Shown: piece after piece, positions 11,701 through 22,994 of the stretch | Layout of the letters: each line of letters starts with the position of its first letter | Position numbering within the stretch: position 1 is the first letter of the stretch | NCBI GenBank assembly: GCA_032718475.1 | Contig: JAUCBJ010002163.1 | Coordinates: 1 to 46,683 of the forward strand | DNA length: 46,683 nucleotides | Direction of reading: 5' to 3' | Origin: Nemertoderma westbladi | Taxonomy: Eukaryota; Animalia; Xenacoelomorpha | Notes under the pieces: model-generated | Database searches by the model: none | The model's input: the letters and a program-made list of their open reading frames with translations, nothing else | Told to the model about the DNA's origin: nothing | Translations under genes and position numbers: made by a program

Positions 11701-11954
11701 TCTGCAGCCAAGCCACCGGTGAGGGCAGCAGATGTCGCTGACAGATCCATCCTGTTAACGAACCTAGATTCCGAGCCAGGAATAGACACATAGGTTGCAG
11801 GCTGGTTGGTGGTCGTGCAATATTAAACGTGTTTGTTGTTTTTTTTTTAATTTTCCGCGCTTCTATATTTGTTTTTAATTGTCTATAGTTGTATTTAAAG
11901 TTCTGAAAGTATTTTAGTATTTTGTGAATAAATGAGACTTGTATAGGTAAGAAA
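11701..11954 (+). mobile_element. 3'-terminal fragment of a CRE-clade non-LTR retrotransposon (related subfamily)
   Basis: Translates SAAKPPVRAADVADRSILLTNLDSEPG*, homologous to SAARRPVREAVTDSSIRLANADSDPG at 20058-20135; shares the 18-mer TGTGAATAAATGAGACTT (11923-11940 = 20314-20331). Confidence 0.8.
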
Positions 11955-14900
11955 CTAGTGGGGAGGAGTACGGAACTATTGGGGGGGGAGTACGAAACTA
12001 GTGGGGATGAGTACGGAACTATTGTTGAGAAGTACGGATATAGTGGGGAGGAGTACGGAACTAGTGGGGAGGAGTACGGAACTAGTGGGGAGGAGTACGG
12101 AACTAGTGGGGAGGAGTACGGAACTAGTAGGGAGGAGTACGGAACTATTGGGGAGGAGTACGGAACTATTGGGGAGGAGTACGGAACTATTGGGGAGGAG
12201 TACGGAACTAGTAGGGAGGAGTACGGAACTATTAGGGAGGAGTACGGAACTAGTGGGGAGGAGTACGGAACTAGTAGGGTGGAGTACGGAACTATTAGGG
12301 AGGAGTACGGAACTATTGGGGAGGAGTACGGAACTAGTGGGGAGGAGTACGGAACTAGTGGGGAGGAGTACGGAACTAGTAGGGAGGAGTACGGAACTAT
12401 TGGGGAGGAGTACGGAACTATTTGGGGAGGAGTACGGAACTATTGGGGAGGAGTACGGAACTAGTAGGGAGGAGTACGGAACTATTAGGGAGGAGTACGG
12501 AACTAGTGGGGAGGAGTACGGAACTAGTAGGGTGGAGTACGGAACTATTAGGGAGGAGTACGGAACTATTGGGGAGGAGTACGGAACTAGTGGGGAGGAG
12601 TACGGAACTAGTGGGGAGGAGTACGGAACTATTGGGGAGGAGTACGGAACTAGTGGGGAGGAGTACGGAACTATTAGGGAGGAGTACGGAACTAGTGGGG
12701 AGGAGTACGGAACTATTGGGGAGGAGTACGGAACTAGTAGGGAGGAGTACGGAACTATTAGGGAGGAGTACGGAACTAGTGGGGAGGAGTACGGAACTAG
12801 TAGGGTGGAGTACGGAACTATTAGGGAGGAGTACGGAACTATTGGGGAGGAGTACGGAACTAGTGGGGAGGAGTACGGAACTAGTGGGGAGGAGTACGGA
12901 ACTAGTGGGGAGGAGTACGGAACTAGTAGGGAGGAGTACGGAACTAGTGGGGAGGAGTACGGAACTAGTGGGGAGGAGTACGGAACTAGTAGGGAGGAGT
13001 ACGGAACTATTAGGGAGGAGTACGGAACTAGTGGGGAGGAGTACGGAACTAGTGGGGAGGAGTACGGAACTAGTGGGGAGGAGTACGGAACTAGTAGGGA
13101 GGAGTACGGAACTATTAGGGAGGAGTACGGAACTAGTGGGGAGGAGTACGGAACTAGTGGGGAGGAGTACGGAACTATTGGGGAGGAGTACGGAACTAGT
13201 GGGGAGGAGTACGGAACTAGTGGGGAGGAGTACGGAACTAGTAGGGATGAGTACGGAACTATTAGGGAGGAGTACGGAACTATTGGGGAGGAGTACGGAA
13301 CTATTGGGGATGAGTACGGAACTATTGGGGAGAAGTACGGAACTAGTGGGGATGAGTACGGAACTAGTAGGGAGGAGTACGGAACTAGTAGGGAGGAGTA
13401 CGGTACTATTAGGGAGGAGTACGGAACTAGTGGGGAGGAGTACGGAACTATTGGGGAGGAGTACGGAACTAGTGGGGAGGAGTACGGAACTATTGGGGAG
13501 GAGTACGGAACTAGTAGGGAGGAGTACGGAACTAGTTGGGAGGAGTACGGAATTAGTGGGGAGGAGTACGGAACTAGTAGGGAGGTGTACGGAACTAGTA
13601 GGGAGGAGTACGAAACTAGTTAGGAGGAGTACGGAACGAGTGGGGACTAGTAAGGAACTAGTGGGGAGGAGTACGGAGTACGGAACGAGTGGGGACTAGT
13701 AAGGAACTAGTGGGGAGGAGTACGGAACTAGTAGGGAGAAGTACGGAACTAGTGGGGAGGAGTACGGAACTATTGGGGAGGAGTACGGAACTAGTAGGGA
13801 GGAGTACGGAACTAGTAGGGAGGAGTACGGAACTAGTTGGGAGGAGTACGGAACTATTGGGGAGGAGTACGGAACTAGTGGGGAGGAGTACGGAACTATT
13901 GGGGAGGAGTACGGAACTAGTGGGGAGGAATGCGGAACTAGTGGGGAGAAATACGGAACTAGTGGGGGGGAGTACGGAACTAGTGGGGAGGAGAACGGAA
14001 CTATTGGGGAGGAGTACGGAACTAGTGGGGATGAGTACGGAACTAGTGGGGAGGAGTACGGAACTAGTGGGGAGGAGTAAGGAACTATTGGGGAGGAGTA
14101 CGGAACTATTGGGGAGGAGTACGGAACTAGTGGGGAGGAGTACGGAACTATTGGGGAGGAGTACGGAACTAGTCGGGAGGTGTACGGAACTATTGGGGAG
14201 GAGTACGGAACTAGTGGGGAGGAGTACGGAACTAGTAGGGAGGAGTACGGAACTATTAGGGAGGAGTACGGAACTAGTGGGGAGGAGTACGGAACTAGTG
14301 GGGAGGAGTACGGAACTAGTAGGGAGGAGTACGGAACTATTAGGGAGGAGTACGGAACTAGTGGGGAGGAGTACGGAACTAGTGGGGAGGAGTACGGAAC
14401 TATTGGGGAGGAGTACGGAACTAGTGGGGAGGAGTACGGAACTAGTGGGGAGGAGTACGGAACTAGTAGGGATGAGTACGGAACTATTAGGGAGGAGTAC
14501 GGAACTATTGGGGAGGAGTACGGAACTATTGGGGATGAGTACGGAACTATTGGGGAGAAGTACGGAACTAGTGGGGATGAGTACGGAACTAGTAGGGAGG
14601 AGTACGGAACTAGTAGGGAGGAGTACGGAACTATTAGGGAGGAGTACGGAACTAGTGGGGAGGAGTACGGAACTATTGGGGAGGAGTACGGAACTAGTGA
14701 GGAGGAGTAAGGAACTAGTGGGGAGGAGTACGGAACTATTGGGGAGGAGTACGGAACTAGTGGGGAGGTGTACATAACTAGTTGGGAGGAGTACGGAACT
14801 ATTAGGGAGGAGTACGGAACTAGTGGGGACGAGTACGGAACTTGTGGGGAGGAGTACGGAACTAGTAGGGAGAAGTACGGAACTAGTGGAGAGGAGTACG

Positions 14901-16129
14901 GAACTAGTGGGGAGGAGTACGGAACTAGTGGGGAGGAGTAAGGAACTAGTGGGGAGGAGTACGGAACTATTGGGGAGGAGTACGGAATTAGTGGGGAGGA
15001 GTACGGAACTAGTGCGGAGGAGTACGGAACTAGTGGGGAGGAGTACGGAACTAGTTGGGAGGAGTACGGAACTAGTGGGGAGGAGTACGGAACTAGTAGG
15101 GAGGAGTGCGGAACTAGTGGGGAGAAGTACGGAACTAGTGGGGAGGAGTACGGAACTAGTGGGGAGGAGTACGGAACTATTGGGGAGGAGTACGGAACTA
15201 GTGGGGAGGAGTACGGAACTATTGGGGAGGAGTACGGAACTAGTGGGGAGGAATGCGGAACTAGTGGGGAGAAGTACGGAACTAGTGGGGGGGAGTACGG
15301 AACTAGTGGGGAGGAGAACGGAACTATTGGGGAGGAGTACGGAACTAGTGGGGATGAGTACGGAACTAGTGGGGAGGAGTACGGAACTAGTGGGGAGGAG
15401 TACGGAACTATTGGGGAGGAGTACGGAACTAGTGGGGAGGTGTACGGAACTATTGGGGAGAAGTACGGAACTAGTGGGGAGGAGTACGGAACTAGTGGGG
15501 AGGAGTACGGAACTATTGGGGAGGAGTACGGAACTAGTGGGGAGGAGTACGGAACTATTGGGGAGGAGTACGGAACTAGTGGGGAGGAATGCGGAACTAG
15601 TGGGGAGAAGTACGGAACTAGTGGGGGGGAGTACGGAACTAGTGGGGAGGAGAACGGAACTATTGGGGAGGAGTACGGAACTAGTGGGGATGAGTACGGA
15701 ACTAGTGGGGAGGAGTACGGAACTAGTGGGGAGGAGTAAGGAACTATGGGGGAGGAGTACGGAACTATTGGGGAGGAGTACGGAACTAGTGGGGAGGAGT
15801 ACGGAACTATTGGGGAGGAGTACGGAACTAGTCGGGAGGTGTACGGAACTATTGGGTAGGAGTACGGAACTAGTGGGGAGAAGTACGGAACTAGTGGGGA
15901 GGAGTACGGAACTAGTGGGGAGGAGTACGGAACTAGTAGGGAGGAGTACGGAACTATTAGGGAGGAGTACGGAACTAGTCGGGAGGTGTACGGAACTATT
16001 GGGTAGGAGTACGGAACTATTGGGGAGGAGTACGGAACTAGTCGGGAGGTGTACGGAACTATTGGGTAGGAGTACGGAACTAGTGGAGAGGAGTAAGGAA
16101 CTATCGGGTAGGAGTTCATAACTAGTGGG
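11955..16129. repeat. 21-bp G-rich satellite GGGGAGGAGTACGGAACTAGT, ~200 copies
   Basis: Directly visible; variants AGT/ATT and GGGG/AGGG; stop-poor frames create spurious long ORFs. Confidence 0.98.
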
Positions 16130-19100
16130 TCCTTCAGTCATGGGTCCTTCTGTCACGGGTCCTTCAGTCATGGGTCCTCTTGTCACCGGTCCTTCAGTCA
16201 TGGGTCCATCTGTCACTTGTCTTTCTGTCACGGGTCCTTCAGTCATGGGTCCTTCAGTCATGGGTCCTATCGTCACGGGTCCTCCTGTCACAGGTGCTTC
16301 CGTCACTTGTCTTTCTGTCACGGGTCCTTCAGTCATGGGTCCTTCTGTCACGGGTCCTTCAGTCATGGGTCCTCTTGTCACCGGTCCTTCAGTCATGGGT
16401 CCATCTGTCACTTGTCTTTCTGTCACGGGTCCTTCAGTCATGGGTCCTATCGTCACGGGTCCTCCTGTCACAGGTGCTTCCGTCACTTGTCTTTCTGTCA
16501 CGGGTCCTTCAGTCATGGGTCCTTCTGTCACGGGTCCTTCAGTCATGGGTCCTCTTGTCACGGGTCCTTCTGTCACTTGTCTTTCTGTCACGGGTCCTTC
16601 AGTCATGGGCCCTTCAGTCACGGGTCCAACTGTCACGGGTCCTCCTGTCACAGGTCCTTCTGTGACTTGTCTTTCTGTCACGGGTCCTTCAGTCATGGGT
16701 CCTTCAGTCACGGGTCCTACCGTCACGGGGCCTTCATTAACAGGTCATTCAGTCACGGGTACTTCAGTCACGGGTACTTCAGTCACGGGTACTTCAGTCA
16801 TGGGTCCTTCAGTCATGGGTCCTTCAGTCATGGGTCCTTCAGTCATGGGTCCTTCAGACATGGCTCCTTCAGTCACGGGTCCTACCGTAACGGGTCCTTC
16901 AGTCATGGGTCCTTCAGTCACGGGTCCTTCAGTCACTGGTCCTTCTGTCACGGGTCCTTCAGTCATGGGTCCTCTTGTCACGGGTCCTCCTGTCACGGGT
17001 CCTCCTGTCACGGGTCCTCCTGTCACGGGTCCTCCTGTCACGGGTCCTCCTGTCACGGGTCCTCCTGTCACGGGTCCTCCTGTCACGGGTCCTCCTGTCA
17101 CGGGTCCTCCTGTCACGGGTCCTCCTGTCACGGGTCCTCCTGTCACGGGTCCTTCAGTAACGGGTCATTCAGTCATGGGTCCTTCAGTCACGGGTCCTAC
17201 CGTCACGGGTCCTTCAGTAATGGGTCCTTCTGTTACTGGTCCCCCTGGTACACAGCCCACTGTTGCCAAATCCTCGGCTCACCTCGTCCCTTGGGGCAGC
17301 ATCCGGATATCTATTGAGCAGTTAAAGGAGGCTATAAACAACGCGTACGATATTGTGGTTCACTGGCGACCCAACCTGTTCCTTGTTCCCCAGGGGGCAG
17401 TTGGACGCGATTTCGTTGCTGGGTTATCGCACCTCATCGAGCTGGTTACTACGGGTAGCGTACTACAACCGCTCGCGCTCACGGCGTTGTTTGTCGCACC
17501 GTCTCTGTTGCTGCAAAAACCCAGCCGCACCTCTACAACGGGAACTCACAGGAGTGTTCTAGAACGCCGGTTACGAAGTTGGAAACAGGCCGATTTCAAC
17601 GAACTCTTGGTTGAAGCAAGGGCGATCCAGTCCCACCTCCCTAAACAACGTTTTCGGGGAAAATCGCAGAACATCGCATTGCAGAAAACGTTTGTGCGTC
17701 ATATGTTGACTGGAAACGTTTCAGCGGCAACGCGGTGTCTGAGTGACTTAAATCGTGGGAAACCGCTGAAGTTGGACGACACCTTCATTGACAAAGTTGG
17801 GAACACTAAGGTGGTGCGTGATGTATTGCGGGAGAAACACCCGGTTGCTAAACCCGCCGATAAGTCGATTCTCTTGGACAAGTTTGAGGGAGCACCGGAG
17901 TTCCACAGCATCGTATATGAACGTTTAAATGGACAGCTCATACTATCCAGTCTTCTACGAATGCGGGGAAATGCTGCGGGTCCCTCGGGTTTGGACGTCC
18001 AGGGATGGAAACACCTGCTAACGAAGTTCCGGAACCAGTCAACGGATCTCTGTGATCGAATTGCCGACTTGGGTAAACTCGTGTCGCAGACAGTCCTGCC
18101 ATCAGGCACTTTATCCTCGTTCGTGTCTGCCCGATTACTTGCTCTGGATAAAAACCCTGGCGTCCGTCCCATAGGAATAGGCGAGGTCCTCCGCAGGGTA
18201 GTCGGGAAAGCTGCAATGACTTGCATCCGAGAAGATATGCAGGAGGTGGGCGGCTCGGTTCAGATGTGTTTGGGGCAGAAATCGGGTATTGAATCCGCCA
18301 TCCACACCCTAAACGATGCCTTCACCACTGCCGACTGTGATGCAGTTCTACAGATCGATGCTACCAATGCTTTCAATTCGCTGAACCGGCAGGCGGCGCT
18401 GCATAACATCCGGCAGGTCTGCCCGGCACTCTATACAATCGTGGCGAATTGTTATGACCAGCCGTCGTGTTTATTCGTCGGTGGAGAGTCTCTGTTCTCC
18501 GAGGAAGGGTCGACTCAGGGTGATCCGGTAGCGATGCCGATGTTTGGCTGCGGGCTGATCCCTTTACTATTGGAACTGAGTCATGGCTGTAGCGTCGTAC
18601 AGAAATGGTACGCAGATGACGGCAATGCGGCAGGCAAACTTGTCGAACTCCGGAAGTTCTGGGACATTGTTTCCGCTAGGGGGCCTCTTTACGGTTACTA
18701 CCCGACAAAATGCTCCCTTGTTGTAAAACCGGAAAAACTCCAGGAAGCAAAGATAATGTTCGCGGACACCAATTTTACAGTCGACTCGGTTGGAAACAAA
18801 CTCCTGGGAGGTGTTATCGGCACCAAGGAGTTCCGTAACAACTTCATCGAACAAAAAGTCGAGGAGTTCGCCGCAGACGTGGAACGACTCGCTACCATCG
18901 CCGCTGTTGATCCACATTGCGCATATGCCGGACTGGCATTCGGTCTGTCCTGTCGGTGGCGGTTTCTGGCGCGCGTTGTCCCTGGAGCCACTGACAGATT
19001 TGGTGGTCTGGAGGAGTCCGTAGGGAGGTGTCTGTGCCGGATATTTGACCACCCAGCAATAACACCGGTAGAACGGCAACTGATGTCGCTCCCGGTTCGC

Positions 19101-20166
19101 AATGGTGGGCTAGGGATCCCCGTACCAGCTGATCTACAGCCCCAGTACGAATATTCCCGGAGGATTTGCGAACCATTTACCTCCTTTGAAGGTGAGTCTA
19201 TGGCAGTGGTGAGAGAGGAGCAGACACACATAGCCAAGTTAGTAGCCACCTCTTCATCAGTTGTAGCGAAAGCTAAAAAGGAGGAGGTTTACGACCAATT
19301 AAGTTCTGACCAACATAATTTGGTTATACTAACTACTGAAAAAGGTGCGTCTGCGTGGTTAAACACCAAACCACTCACCCTGCACGACACTCACCTGTCC
19401 AAAGGAGAGTTTAGGGATGCTGTTTGTCTCCGCTACGGTTGGTCGCCGAAGAACCTACCATCTCGTTGTGTTTGTGGGTCCCGATTTTCTGCAACCCACG
19501 TTTTGTCGTGTCCCACTGGAGGTTTCCCCTCCATAAGACACAACGAGATCCGCGATTTCGTCGCCGACACCCTAACCGAGGTGGCCCACAGTGTGGCAGT
19601 CGAACCGATGCTCCAGCCACTAACGGGGGAGTCTTTCTCCCTCCGCTCCACATCGACGGACCAGCTGGCGCGGCTCGACGTGTCGGTGAGCGGATTCTGG
19701 CTGTCTGGGGCAATCGCTACCAGAAAATGTTTATCGACGTGTCGGTGTTCAACCCGCTGGCGGACACCAACGCGGCGATGTCGATTGACGCCGCCCATCT
19801 CCACCACGACAGCACGAGGCGAGGAAGTGCCGGAAATGCGAGGAGAGATTACGCGAGGTGGAACACTCCACCTTCACTCCCTTAATTTTCTCTGCTTTCG
19901 GCGGAATGGCACCAGCTGCCCATCAGTTTGTCAAACGACTGGCGGTGAAGTTGTCCGACAAACGGCAGGTTCCCTATCCGGAGTGCGTCTCATGGGTACG
20001 TCGGCGAATCAGTTTCTCCCTCCTCAGGTCGTCATTAATGTGTTTACGCGGGTACCGTTCGGCTGCTAGGCGACCGGTGCGGGAGGCAGTCACCGACTCA
20101 TCGATCCGGTTGGCGAACGCGGACTCAGACCCTGGGGTGTTGGCGCAGTTCGGTAGGGTGGGGTAA
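16125..20166 (+). pseudogene. CRE-type RT-RLE polyprotein, 5'-truncated, two 8-bp frameshifting insertions
   Basis: RT motifs GVRPIGIGEVLRR, IDATNAFNSLNR, GSTQGDP, WYADD; RNGGLGIP; CVCG...HVLSC zinc finger, RHNEIRD, RLDV..GFWG...FIDVSVFNP...HEARK.RK...TFTPLIFSAFGG RLE once the frameshifts at 19701 and 19810 are removed. Confidence 0.9.
16126..17240 (+). repeat. 15-bp tandem repeat GTCACGGGTCCTTCA-type, ~75 copies, in frame with the CRE ORF as (VTGPS/VMGPS/VTGPP)n
   Basis: Directly visible; no stop or frameshift across 1.1 kb in the RT frame. Confidence 0.95.
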
Positions 20167-20355
20167 ATACAGTAGTATGCTCCATACACCGTAGAGACTG
20201 TTTCTGTGTTGGGGGCGGGCAAAGGATTTCATTTTAAATTTCCCTCTTACATTGGTTGCCTAGTAACGTCGGCTGGTGGTGGGTATTGTTTAACATTAAC
20301 GTTTTATTATCTATGTGAATAAATGAGACTTAAAGAGTTAAAAAAAAAAAAAAAA
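16130..20355 (+). mobile_element. 5'-truncated CRE-clade non-LTR retrotransposon (RT + restriction-like endonuclease) inserted in the satellite
   Basis: Single RT-RLE ORF, 3' UTR with AATAAA (20318) and A16 tail (20340-20355); GTGGG at both junctions (16125-16129, 20356-20360). Confidence 0.9.
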
Positions 20356-21102
20356 GTGGGGAGGAGTACAGAACTAGTGGGGTGGGGAGGAGTACGGAAC
20401 TAGTGGGTAGGAGTACGGAACTAATGGGTAGGAGTACGGAACTAGAGGGTAGGAGTACGGAACTAGTGTGTAGGAGTACGGAACTAGTGGGTAGGAGTAC
20501 GGAACTAGAGGGTAGGAGTACGGAACTAGTGGGTAGGAGTACGGAACTAGTGGGTAGGAGTACGGAACTAGTGGGTAGGAGTACGGAACTAGAGGGTAGG
20601 AGTACAGAACTAGTGGGGTGGGGAGGAGTACGGAACTAGTGGGTAGGAGTACGGAACTAGTGGGGAGGAGTACGGAACTAGTGGGTAGGAGTACGGAACT
20701 AGTGGGTAGGAGTACGGAACTAGGGGGTAGGAGTACGGAACTAGTGGGTAGGAGTACGGAACTAGTTGGGGAGGAGTACGGAACTAGTGGGGAGGAGTAC
20801 GGAACTAGTGGGGAGGAGTACGGAACTAGTGGGTAGGAGTACGGAACTAGTGGGTAGGAGTACGGAACTAGTGGGTAGGAGTACGGAACTAGTGGGTAGG
20901 AGTACGGAACTAGTGGGTAGGAGTACGGAACTAGTGGGTAGGAGTACGGAACTAGTGGGTAGGAGTACGGGACTAGTGGGGAGGAGTACGGAACTAGTGG
21001 GGAGGAGTACGGAACTAGTGGGGAGGAGTACGGAACTAGTGCGGAGGAGTACGGAACTAGTGGGGAGAAGTACGGAACTAGTGGGGAGGAGTAAGGAACT
21101 AT
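20356..21102. repeat. Continuation of the 21-bp satellite, ~35 copies, rich in the GGGTAGG variant
   Basis: Directly visible after the poly(A) tail. Confidence 0.97.
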
Positions 21103-21714
21103 TAGATTATTACTGTTAGACGAGAAGACAAGCGATTATGGCTACCATGGTTTCCAATGAGTCTCTACCGGCTGCGGCACTCAATGAGGGGAGACGGGCT
21201 AAGAAGAGGAATACCTATAGAGAGAAACACTCCAAATAAAACTCCCATAGAACATTATACAGTATATTTAGGATTACATACTAAAAACAAACTCTAGGAC
21301 TAAATAATAATTAAATAAAAAACTAATAAAATTATGGGAAATGCCCCCCCACCCCCCCCGCAGCTCCAAAAAAACGATGCTGCAAAGGGTCATTTGGGGA
21401 GAGTGTTCGCGTTATTTTCATTTTGGCACTGGGTACCCACCAAATTTACAAACTAATCCCAAACGAAAATTCTAAATATACCCGGGCATGGTGGGCAAAA
21501 AACTAGAAGTTATAAAACCCGAAATTATTCGATTACGGGCTGTTTTTCGGGAAGGCTGACCACTAAATTGTCGGCTTTCCAAAGTTAAAAGGTGGCCCTG
21601 AAGTTCAAGGAATCAAGTACTTGGCTTCAGGTAGAGATCCTGACAGCCTAGCCTAGGCCGTGCCTAGTGCAAAGGGACAACCTATACCCCAGTGGGTTCT
21701 TTGACTGTGCGTAG

Positions 21715-22232
21715 TACGAGCCTGAAAAGGACTCGGAAACAAACAGACCAGGAGGCCACGCAGTGGGAATTTGGTTTGAACTTCTCGGACTTCCCCAGTG
21801 GGTTCTTTTACTGTGCGTAGTACGAGCCTGAAAAGGACTCGGAAACAAACAGACCAGGAGGCCACGCAGTGGGACAGGAACTGGACTTTGGACCACCTCC
21901 GCGGTGCGCTAGTTCACTGTGCTTAGTACGAGCCTGAAAAGGATTCGGAAACAATCGGCATAGCGCTCCGCAAAGGACCAACACTGATGGAGCGAGGTTT
22001 GTGATCTATGGAGTTATTACGAGCCTGAAAAGGACTCGGAATGTGAAGGAAAACTGCATCCTCTCACCAGACACGACGGATATTAACGGACGGAGCGATC
22101 GGTGTCGGATGGAGCCATTACAAGCCTAAGGACTCCGAACATAACAGAAACCGTCTATCCTCACCCGAAACCGACGGACAGAGCGGACTGCAGTCGACGG
22201 AACTATTATGAGCCTGAAAAGGACTCGGAATG
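21715..22232. repeat. Six copies of a ~26-bp motif TACGAGCCTGAAAAGGACTCGGAA separated by diverged spacers
   Basis: Motif starts at 21715, 21821, 21927, 22018, 22119 (degenerate) and 22207; periods 106, 106, 91, 101, 88. Confidence 0.9.
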
Positions 22233-22994
22233 TAACGGAAGCTGCAGCCCCTCGCCAGACATGACAGACACCGACTAGACATGGGTATCAGACGTAGTTG
22301 GGGTGGTTAAAATCATATAAAGTAAATTTGTTGTCCTATAAAGTAAATACTAAGTAAATTGTTTGTACTGTAGGTTTATTACTGAATACTGATGCATATG
22401 TTTATTCTAATTATTTGGTGTGTCGGAGCCCAAAATTATTTAGAATCAGTTCGTGAATTGGATGGTTGATGAACCAGTTTGTTTAATCAGTTAGCAGTGA
22501 ATAATTTTACATTCAATCCAAACTATTTTTTTCCACGATCTGCATCACAAATTCCAAGTTTCCCCAACACCAATAATTCCGGTGAATATTATTCCAGGGA
22601 TCTAGCGCAACCCCCCGGGAACTTATATCGGCGTCAATTCCCTGTTCTGGAAATGACGGCAACAATGATTAAACACAATATATTAAATATATATAATTAT
22701 AAAGCGCAATAATATTATAGTAAATAAGTACCCTTTGTTGACGGTTGGGTTATTTACTGTTTTTGTTTTTAAAGTGCATTTCGATAGTTGGCCAGTTGGT
22801 ACAGGCTCAGAAAACCGGGATGTTCGGGCAGGAAGGGGCGTGTGCGGTACATATTGCATATTCATTGCATAAACGTCAGCTGCAGTCTTCATTTTGGCGC
22901 CAGCAGTTATCAGACTGGCAATCTTATGGTGAAAACCATTACTTATGTACTGCGTTCCTATACGGCGCCTGTGACCGGTTAGGAATGATAAACA

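Noticed and set aside
11958-16726. Long ORFs (up to 1022 aa) such as (GRSTELV)n, (EEYGTSG)n, (PTSSVLL)n
   Set aside because: Artefacts of a 21-bp unit lacking stops in several frames; frames are broken by random indels
11955-21102. Telomeric repeat
   Set aside because: Interstitial, heterogeneous 21-bp unit unlike TTAGGG/TTAGG-type repeats; no chromosome end visible
21478-21507. Helitron-like 3' end (ccgggcatggtgggcaaaaaactag); also the hairpin at 11504-11525
   Set aside because: Hairpin too degraded or no CTAG terminus, and no matching 5' end found
21715-22232. CRISPR array, coding YEPEKDSE repeat, or hammerhead series
   Set aside because: Eukaryotic context, no cas genes, spacers related to each other; periods not multiples of 3; CTGAAAA lacks the CTGANGA core and stems I/III are absent
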